A stretch of 64,000 bases of DNA from Auanema rhodensis (lineage: Eukaryota; Animalia; Nematoda). The notes below the pieces were generated by a model. It saw only the letters and a list, made by a program, of their open reading frames with translations. It was not told where the DNA came from and did not search any database. Below, in pieces: positions 53,901 to 64,000 of the stretch; positions within the stretch are counted from its first letter, which is position 1, and every line of letters begins with the position of its first letter. The stretch lies in assembly GCA_964057225.1 (NCBI GenBank), contig OZ059899.1:1860001-1924000 (forward strand), given 5' to 3'. The translations under genes were made by a program, and so were the position numbers.

Positions 53901-56900
53901 TAACATTGTCCATCGTCTTTGCCTTGAAAAATGAAATCTAAAAACATCTACTTTTGCTAAATTATTTCGAAATTTTTCGAAAAAATTTTTGTCAAAATGT
54001 TTTTGGAAGCAATGTTGAGTGTACATGGAAACTCAACATACACTAATGCATCATTTTTCAAAAGATCATAACTAATTTTTGTATCAAGCGTTTCTCAATG
54101 TAGTATGGTGCATTCGATGCGGAATTTTAAGCTGCGTCGATCTGTGTTATCAGATTTGCGCTAGCTTAAAAATGCACCGAGATATCAACTGATATAAGTT
54201 CACACTTATATCCTCGATTTTCACCCTGAAGAAATAATTTTTTCGTTGAATAACATTGTCCATCGTCTTTGCCTTGAAAAAAGGAATCTAAAAACATCTA
54301 CTTTTTGCTAAATTATTTTGAAATTTTTCGAAAAAATTTTTGTCAAAATGTTTTTGGAAACAATGTTGAGTGTACATGGAAACTCAACATACACTAATGC
54401 ATCATTTTTCAAACGATCATAACTAATTTTTGTATTAAGCGTTTCTCAATGTAGTATAGTGCATTCGATGCGGATTTTTAAGCTGCGTCGATCGGTGTTA
54501 TCAGATTTGCGCTAGCTTAAAAATGCACCGAGATATCAACTGATATAAGTTCACACTTATATCCTCGATTTTCACCCTGAAGAATTAATTTTTTCGTTGA
54601 ATAACATTGTCCATCGTCTTTGCCTTGAAAAATGGAATCTAAAAACATCTACTTTTTGCTAAATTATTTTGAAATTTTTCGAAAAAATTTTTGTCAAAAT
54701 GTTTTTGGAAGCAATGTTGAGTGTACATGGAAACTCAACATACACTAATGCATCATTTTTCAAACGATCATAACTAATTTTTGTATTGTGCGTTTCTCAA
54801 TGTAGTATAGTGCATTCGATGCGGATTTTTAAGCTGCGTCGATCTGTGTTATCAGATTTGCGCTAGCTTAAAAATGCACCGAGATATCAACTGATATAAG
54901 TTCACACTTATATCCTCGATTTTCACCCTGAAGAAATAATTTTTTCGTTGAATAACATTGTCCATCGTCTTTGCCTTGAAAAAAGGAATCTAAAAACATC
55001 TACTTTTTGCTAAATTATTTTGAAATTTTTCGAAAAAATTTTTGTCAAAATGTTTTTGGAAACAATGTTGAGTGTACATGGAAACTCAACATACACTAAT
55101 GCATCATTTTTCAAACGATCATAACTAATTTTTGTATTAAGCGTTTCTCAATGTAGTATAGTGCATTCGATGCGGATTTTTTAGCTGCGTCGATCAGTGT
55201 TATCAGATTTGCGCTAGCTTAAAAATGCACCGAGATATCAACTGATATAAGTTCACACTTATATCCTCGATTTTCACCCTGAAGAATTAATTTTTTCGTT
55301 GAATAACATTGTCCATCGTCTTTGCCTTGAAAAATGGAATCTAAAAACATCTACTTTTGCTAAATTATTTTGAAATTTTTCGAAAAAATTTTTGTCAAAA
55401 TGTTTTTGGAAGCAATGTTGAGTGTACATGGGAACTCAACATACACTAATGCATCATTTTTCAAACGATCATAACTAATTTTTGTATTGTGCGTTTCTCA
55501 ATGTAGTATAGTGCATTCGATGCGGATTTTTAAGCTGCGTCGATCTGTGTTATCAGATTTGCGCTAGCTTAAAAATGCACCGAGATATCAACTGATATAA
55601 GTTCACACTTATATCCTCGATTTTCACCCTGAAGAAATAATTTTTTCGTTGAATAACATTGTCCATCGTCTTTGCCTTGAAAAATGAAATCTAAAAACAT
55701 CTACTTTTGCTAAATTATTTCGAAATTTTGCGAAAAAATTTTTGTCAAAATGTTTTTGGAAGCAATGTTGAGTGTACATGGAAACTCAACATACACTAAT
55801 GCATCATTTTTCAAAAGATCATAACTAATTTTTGTATCAAGCGTTTCTCAATGTAGTATGGTGCATTCGATGCGGAATTTTAAGCTGCGTCGATCTTTGT
55901 TATCAGATTTGCGCTAGCTTAAAAATGCACCGAGATATCAACTGATATAAGTTCACACTTATATCCTCGATTTTCACCCTGAAGAAATAATTTTTTCGTT
56001 GAATAACATTGTCCATCGTCTTTGCCTTGAAAAAAGGAATCTAAAAACATCTACTTTTTGCTAAATTATTTTGAAATTTTTCGAAAAAATTTTTGTCAAA
56101 ATGTTTTTGGAAACAATGTTGAGTGTACATGGAAACTCAACATACACTAATGCATCATTTTTCAAACGATCATAACTAATTTTTGTATTAAGCGTTTCTC
56201 AATGTAGTATAGTGCATTCGATGCGGATTTTTAAGCTGCGTCGATCGGTGTTATCAGATTTGCGCTAGCTTAAAAATGCACCGAGATATCAACTGATATA
56301 AGTTCACACTTATATCCTCGATTTTCACCCTGAAGAATTAATTTTTTCGTTGAATAACATTGTCCATCGTCTTTGCCTTGAAAAATGGAATCTAAAAACA
56401 TCTACTTTTTGCTAAATTATTTTGAAATTTTTCGAAAAAATTTTTGTCAAAATGTTTTTGGAAGCAATGTTGAGTGTACATGGAAACTCAACATACACTA
56501 ATGCATCATTTTTCAAACGATCATAACTAATTTTTGTATTGTGCGTTTCTCAATGTAGTATAGTGCATTCGATGCGGATTTTTAAGCTGCGTCGATCTGT
56601 GTTATCAGATTTGCGCTAGCTTAAAAATGCACCGAGATATCAACTGATATAAGTTCACACTTATATCCTCGATTTTCACCCTGAAGAAATAATTTTTTCG
56701 TTGAATAACATTGTCCATCGTCTTTGCCTTGAAAAAAGGAATCTAAAAACATCTACTTTTTGCTAAATTATTTTGAAATTTTTCGAAAAAATTTTTGTCA
56801 AAATGTTTTTGGAAACAATGTTGAGTGTACATGGAAACTCAACATACACTAATGCATCATTTTTCAAACGATCATAACTAATTTTTGTATTAAGCGTTTC

Positions 56901-57250
56901 TCAATGTAGTATAGTGCATTCGATGCGGATTTTTTAGCTGCGTCGATCAGTGTTATCAGATTTGCGCTAGCTTAAAAATGCACCGAGATATCAACTGATA
57001 TAAGTTCACACTTATATCCTCGATTTTCACCCTGAAGAATTAATTTTTTCGTTGAATAACATTGTCCATCGTCTTTGCCTTGAAAAATGGAATCTAAAAA
57101 CATCTACTTTTTGCTAAATTATTTTGAAATTTTTCGAAAAAATTTTTGTCAAAATGTTTTTGGAAGCAATGTTGAGTGTACATGGAAACTCAACATACAC
57201 TAATGCATCATTTTTCAAACGATCATAACTAATTTTTGTATCAAGCGTTT
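51000..57250 (-). repeat. 4-monomer (1403-bp) and 5-monomer (1753-bp) tandem duplications
   Basis: TTTTTAGCTG occurs at ~52021 and ~53424 (4-mer). The ATGAAATC/TTTCGAAA/AAAGATC/GGAATTTT monomer occurs at 53931 and 55684 (5-mer). Confidence 0.7.
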
Positions 57251-60200
57251 CTCGATGTAGTATAGTGCATTCGATACGGATTTTTAAGCTGCGTCGATCT
57301 GTGTTATCAGATTTGCGCTAGCTTAAAAATGCACCGAGATATCAACTGATATAAGTTCACACTTATATCCTCGATTTTCACCCTGAAGAATTAATTTTTT
57401 CGTTGAATAACATTGTCCATCGTCTTTGCCTTGAAAAATGGAATCTAAAAACATCTTTTTTTTTGCTAAATTATTTTGAAATTTCTCGAAAAAATTTTTG
57501 TCAAAATGTTTTTGGAAGCAATGTTGAGTGTACATGGAAACTCAACATACACTAATGCATCATTTTTCAAACAATCATAACTAATTTGTGTATTAAGCGT
57601 TTCTCAATGTAGTATAGTGCATTCGATGCGGATTTTTAAGCTGCGTCGATCTGTGTTATCAGATTTGCGCTAGCTTAAAAATGCACCGAGATATCAACTG
57701 ATATAAGTTCACACTTATATCCTCGATTTTCACCCTGAAGAATTGATTTTTTCGTTGAATAACATTGTCTATCGTCTTCACCTTGAAAAATGGAATCTAA
57801 AAACATCTACTTTTTGCTAAATTATTTTGAAATTTTTCAAAAAAATTTTTGTCAAAATGTTTTTGGAAGCAATGTTGAGTGTACATGGAAACTCAACATA
57901 CACTAATGCATCATTTTTCAAACGATCATAACTAATTTTTGTATCAAGCGTTTCTCGATGTAGTATAGTGCATTCGATGCGGATTTTTAAGCTGCGTCGA
58001 TCTGTGTTATCAGATTTGCGCTAGCTTAAAAATGCACCGAGATATCAACTGATATAAGTTCACACTTATATCCTCGATTTTCACCCTGAAGAATTAATTT
58101 TTTCGTTGAAAAACATTGTCCATCGTCTTTGCCTTGAAAAATGGAATCTAAAAACATCTTTTTTTTTGCTAAATTATTTTGAAATTTTTCAAAAAAATTT
58201 TTGTCAAAATGTTTTTGGAAGCAATGTTGAGTGTACATGGAAACTCAACATACACTAATGCATCATTTTTCAAACGATCATAACTAATTTTTGTATCAAG
58301 CGTTTCTCGATGTAGTATAGTGCATTCGATGCGGATTTTTAAGCTGCGTCGATCTGTGTTATCAGATTTGCGCTAGCTTAAAAATGCACCGAGATATCAA
58401 CTGATATAAGTTCACACTTATATCCTCGATTTTCACCCTGAAGAATTAATTTTTTCGTTGAAAAACATTGTCCATCGTCTTTGCCTTGAAAAATGGAATC
58501 TAAAAACATCTTTTTTTTTGCTAAATTATTTTGAAATTTCTCGAAAAAATTTTTGTCAAAATGTTTTTGGAAGCAATGTTGAGTGTACATGGAAACTCAA
58601 CATACACTAATGCATCATTTTTCAAACAATCATAACTAATTTGTGTATTAAGCGTTTCTCAATGTTGTATAGTGCATTCGATGCGGATTTTTAAGCTGCG
58701 TCGATCTGTGTTATCAGATTTGCGCTAGCTTAAAAATGCACCGAGATATCAACTGATATAAGTTCACACTTATATCCTCGATTTTCACCCTGAAGAATTG
58801 ATTTTTTCGTTGAATAACATTGTCTATCGTCTTTGCCTTGAAAAATGGAATCTAAAAACATCTACTTTTTGCTAAATTATTTTGAAATTTTTCAAAAAAA
58901 TTTTTGTCAAAATGTTTTTGGAAGCAATGTTGAGTGTACATGGAAACTCAACATACACTAATGCATCATTTTTCAAACGATCATAACTAATTTTTGTATC
59001 GAGCGTTTCTCGATGTAGTATAGTGCATTCGATGCGGATTTTTAAGCTGCGTCGATCTGTGTTATCAGATTTGCGCTAGCTTAAAAATGCACCGAGATAT
59101 CAACTGATATAAGTTCACACTTATATCCTCGATTTTCACCCTGAAGAATTAATTGTTTCGTTGAATAACATTGTCCATCGTCTTTGCCTTGAAAAATGGA
59201 ATCTAAAAACATCTACTTTTTGCTAAATTATTTTGAAATTTTTCGAAAAAATTTTTGTCAAAATGTTTTTGGAAGCAATGTTGAGTGTACATGGAAACTC
59301 AACATACACTAATGCATCATTTTTCAAACGATCATAACTAATTTTTGTATCAAGCGTTTCTCGATGTAGTATAGTGCATTCGATACGGATTTTTAAGCTG
59401 CGTCGATCTGTGTTATCAGATTTGCGCTAGCTTAAAAATGCACCGAGATATCAACTGATATAAGTTCACACTTATATCCTCGATTTTCACCCTGAAGAAT
59501 TAATTTTTTCGTTTAATAACATTGTCCATCGTCTTTGCCTTGAAAAATGGAATCTAAAAACATCTTTTTTTTTGCTAAATTATTTTGAAATTTCTCGAAA
59601 AAATTTTTGTCAAAATGTTTTTGGAAGCAATGTTGAGTGTACATGGAAACTCAACATACACTAATGCATCATTTTTCAAACAATCATAACTATTTTGTGT
59701 ATTAAGCGTTTCTCAATGTAGTATAGTGCATTCGATGCGGATTTTTAAGCTGCGTCGATCTGTGTTATCAGATTTGCGCTAGCTTAAAAATGCACCGAGA
59801 TATCAACTGATATAAGTTCACACTTATATCCTCGATTTTCACCTTGAAGAATTGATTTTTTCGTTGAATAACATTGTCTATCGTCTTTGCCTTGAAAAAT
59901 GGAATCTAAAAACATCTACTTTTTGCTAAATTATTTTGAAATTTTTCGAAAAAATTTTTGTCAAAATGTTTTTGGAAGCAATGTTGAGTGTACATGGAAA
60001 CTCAACATACACTAATGCATCATTTTTCAAACGATCATAACTAATTTTTGTATCAAGCGTTTCTCGATGTAGTATAGTGCATTCGATGCGGATTTTTAAG
60101 CTGCGTCGATCTGTGTTATCAGATTTGCGCTAGCTTAAAAATGCACCGAGATATCAACAGATATAAGTTCACACTTATATCCTCGATTTTCACCCTGAAG

Positions 60201-63200
60201 AATTGATTTTTTCGTTGAATAACATTGTCTATCGTCTTTGCCTTGAAAAATGGAATCTAAAAACATCTACTTTTTGCTAAATTATTTTGAAATTTTTCGA
60301 AAACATTTTTGTCAAAATGTTTTTGGAAGCAATGTTGAGTGTACATGGAAACTCAACATACACTAATGCATCATTTTTCAAACGATCATAACTAATTTTT
60401 GTATCAAGCGTTTCTCGATGTAGTATAGTGCATTCGATGCGGATTTTTAAGCTGCGTCGATCTGTGTTATCAGATTTGCGCTAGCTTAAAAATGCACCGA
60501 GATATCAACTGATATAAGTTCACACTTATATCCTCGATTTTCACCCTGAAGAATTAATTTTTTCGTTGAATTACATTGTCCATCGTCTTTGCCTTGAAAA
60601 ATGGAATCTAAAAACATCTACTTTTTGCTAAATTATTCTGAAATTTTTCGAAAAAATTTTTTTGTTAAAATGTTTTTGGAAGCAATGTTGAGTGTACATG
60701 GAAACTCAACATACACTAATGCATCATTTTTCAAACAATCATAACTAATTTGTATATTAAGCGTTTCTCAATGTAGTATAGTGCATTCGATGCGGATTTT
60801 TAAGCTGCGTCGATCTGTGTGATCAGATTTGCGCTAGCTTAAAAATGCACCGAGATATCAACTGATATAAGTTCACACTTATATCCTCGATTTTCACCCT
60901 GAAGAATTGATTTTTTCGTTGAATAACATTGTCTATCGTCTTTGCCTTGAAAAATGGAATCTAAAAACATCTACTTTTTGCTAAATTATTTTGAAATTTT
61001 TCGAAAAAATTTTTGTCAAAATGTTTTTGGAAGCAATGTTGAGTGTACATGGAAACTCAACATACACTAATGCATCATTTTTCAAACGATCATAACTAAT
61101 TTTTGTATCAAGCGTTTCTCGATGTAGTATAGTGCATTCGATGCGGATTTTTAAGCTGCGTCGATCTGTGTTATCAGATTTGCGCTAGCTTAAAAATGCA
61201 CCGAGATATCAACTGATATAAGTTCACACTTATATCTTCGATTTTCACCCTGAAGAATTAATTTTTTTGTTGAATAACATTGTCCATCGTCTTTGCCTTA
61301 AAAAAGGAATCTAAAAACATCTACTTTTTGCTAAATTATTTTGAAATTTTTCGAAAAAATTTTTGTCAAAATGTTTTTGGAAGCAATGTTGAGTGTACAT
61401 GGAAACTCAACATACACTAATGCATCATTTTTCAAACAATCATAACTAATTTGTGTATCAAGCGTTTCTCAATGTAGTATAGTGCATTCGATGCGGATTT
61501 TTAAGCTGCGTCGATCTGTGTTATCAGATTTGCGCTAGCTTAAAAATGCACCGAGATATCAACTGATATAAGTTCACACTTATATCCTCGATTTTCACCC
61601 TGAAGAATTAATTTTTTCGTTGAATAACATTGTCCATCGTCTTTGCCTTGAAAAATGGAATCTAAAAACATCTACTTTTTGCTAAATTATTTTGAAATTT
61701 TTCGAAAAAATTTTTGTCAAAATGTTTTTGGAAGCAATGTTGAGTGTACATGGAAACTCAACATACACTAATGCATCATTTTTCAAACAATCATAACTAA
61801 TTTGTGTATCAAGCGTTTCTCAATGTAGTATAGTGCATTCGATGCGGATTTTTAAGCTGCGTCGATCTGTGTTATCAGATTTGCGCTAGCTTAAAAATGC
61901 ACCGAGATATCAACTGATATAAGTTCACACTTATATCCTCGATTTTCACCCTGAAGAATTAATTTTTTCGTTGAATAACATTGTCCATCGTCTTTGCCTT
62001 AAAAAATGGAATCTAAAAACATCTACTTTTTGCTAAATTATTTTGAAATTTTTCGAAAAAATTTTTGTCAAAATGTTTTTGGAAGCAATGTTGAGTGTAC
62101 ATGGAAACTCAACATACACTAATGCATCATTTTTCAAACAATCATAACTAATTTGTGTATCAAGCGTTTCTCAATGTAGTATAGTGCATTCGATGCGGAT
62201 TTTTAAGCTGCGTCGATCTGTGTTATCAGATTTGCGCTAGCTTAAAAATGCACCGAGATATCAACTGATATAAGTTCACACTTATATCCTCGATTTTCAC
62301 CCTGAAGAATTGATTTTTTCGTTGAATAACATTGTCCATCGTCTTTGCCTTGAAAAATGAAATCTAAAAACATCTACTTTTTGCTAAATTATTTTGAAAT
62401 TTTTCGAAAAAATTTTTGTCAAAATGTTTTTGGAAGCAATGTTAAGTGTACATGGAAACTCAACATACACTAATGCATCATTTTTCAAACGATCATAACT
62501 AATTTTTGTATTGAGCGTTTCTCAATGTAGTATAGTGCATTCGATGCGGATTTTTAAGCTGCGTCGATCTGTGTTATCAGATTTGCGCTAGCTTAAAAAT
62601 GCACCGAGATATCAACTGATATAAGTTCACACTTATATCCTCGATTTTCACCCTGAAGAATTAATTTTTTCGTTGAATAACATTGTCCATCGTCTTTGCC
62701 TTGAAAAATGGAATCTAAAAACATCTACTTTTTGCTAAATTATTTTGAAATTTTTCGAAAAAATTTTTGTCAAAATGTTTTTGGAAGCAATGTTGAGTGT
62801 ACATGGAAACTCAACATACACTAATGCATCATTTTTCAAACGATCATAACTAATTTTTGTATCAAGCGTTTCTCAACGTAGTATAGTGCATTCGATGCGG
62901 ATTTTTAAGCTGCGTCGATCTGTGTTATCAGATTTGCGCTAGCTTAAAAATGCACCGAGATATCAACTGATATAAGTTCACACTTATATCCTCGATTTTC
63001 ACCCTGAAGAATTGATTTTTTCGTTGAATAACATTGTCCATCGTCTTTGCCTTGGAAAATGAAATCTAAAAACATCTACTTTTTGCTAAATTATTTTGAA
63101 ATTTTTCGAAAAAATTTTTGTCAAAATGTTTTTGGAAGCAATGTTGAGTGTACATGGAAACTCAACATACACTAATGCATCATTTTTCAAACGATCATAA

Positions 63201-64000
63201 CTAATTTTTGTATTGTGCGTTTCTCAATGTAGTATAGTGCATTCGATGCGGATTTTTAAGCTGCGTCGATCTGTGTTATCAGATTTGCGCTAGCTTAAAA
63301 ATGCACCGAGATATCAACTGATATAAGTTCACACTTATATCCTCGATTTTCACCCTGAAGAAATATTTTTTTCGTTGAATAACATTGTCCATCGTCTTTG
63401 CCTTGAAAAAAGGAATCTAAAAACATCTACTTTTTGCTAAATTATTTTGAAATTTTTCGAAAAAATTTTTGTCAAAATGTTTTTGGAAACAATGTTGAGT
63501 GTACATGGAAACTCAACATACACTAATGCATCATTTTTCAAACGATCATAACTAATTTTTGTATTAAGCGTTTCTCAATGTAGTATAGTGCATTCGATGC
63601 GGATTTTTAAGCTGCGTCGATCTGTGTTATCAGATTTGCGCTAGCTTAAAAATGCACCGAGATATCAACTGATATAAGTTCACACTTATATCCTCGATTT
63701 TCACCCTGAAGAATTAATTTTTTCGTTGAATTACATTGTCCATCGTCTTTGCCTTGAAAAATGGAATCTAAAAACATCTACTTTTTGCTAAATTATTCTG
63801 AAATTTTTCGAAAAAATTTTTTTGTTAAAATGTTTTTGGAAGCAATGTTGAGTGTACATGGAAACTCAACATACACTAATGCATCATTTTTCAAACAATC
63901 ATAACTAATTTGTGTATTAAGCGTTTCTCAATGTAGTATAGTGCATTCGATGCGGATTTTTAAGCTGCGTCGATCTGTGTGATCAGATTTGCGCTAGCTT
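57250..64000 (-). repeat. Diverged distal subfamily of the satellite
   Basis: Variants not seen before ~57250: CTCGATGTAG, AATTGATTTT, TTTGTGTAT, CATCT(9-10)GC, TTTCTCGAA, GATACGGA. Confidence 0.75.

Larger units (their letters stand above)
26769..64000 (-). repeat. Same 351-bp satellite, reverse-complement block (about 106 monomers of 350-353 bp)
   Basis: From 26769 the sequence reads TGCGTCGATCTGTGTTATCAGATTTGCGCTAGC..., the reverse complement of the forward monomer, and repeats to the window end. Some copies have T-tract indels (e.g. ~33605, 36415, 57460, 60661). Confidence 0.99.

Noticed and set aside
57323-58590. Three near-identical 70-aa ORFs on the - strand
   Set aside because: They are created by the homopolymer expansion (T10, +1 bp) that removes a TAG and shifts frame in three monomers. 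There is no recognisable domain or gene context.
1-64000. CRISPR array or other prokaryotic repeat-spacer system
   Set aside because: There are no unique spacers, because the sequence between the palindromes is as conserved as the palindromes themselves. No cas or other genes are present.

Overview
The whole 64-kb window is one AT-rich (about 31% GC by hand count) tandem satellite DNA with a 351-bp monomer, about 182 copies in all. I found no genes, RNA genes, transposon coding regions or unique sequence. The array runs on the + strand from 1 to 26768 (76 full monomers plus 92 bp, with the 351-bp register kept exactly). It then flips at a blunt, insertion-free junction (26768/26769) and runs on the - strand to 64000 (about 106 monomers, with recurrent 1-2 bp indels). 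This makes a giant inverted repeat (macro-dyad) around an 84-bp spacer. The two arms carry different variant sets, so they are not a mirror-image fold-back. Diagnostic SNPs show nested higher-order repeats: an A/B dimer, a 26-mer and a 7-mer in the left arm; 3-, 9-, 4- and 5-mers plus a diverged distal subfamily in the right arm. The monomer is rich in dyad symmetry, with two 9-bp perfect hairpins and a roughly 67-bp imperfect palindrome across the monomer boundary. The architecture is typical of eukaryotic centromeric or pericentromeric satellite, but I cannot assign a species or family from the sequence alone. The four ORFs in the track are by-products of single satellite variants.
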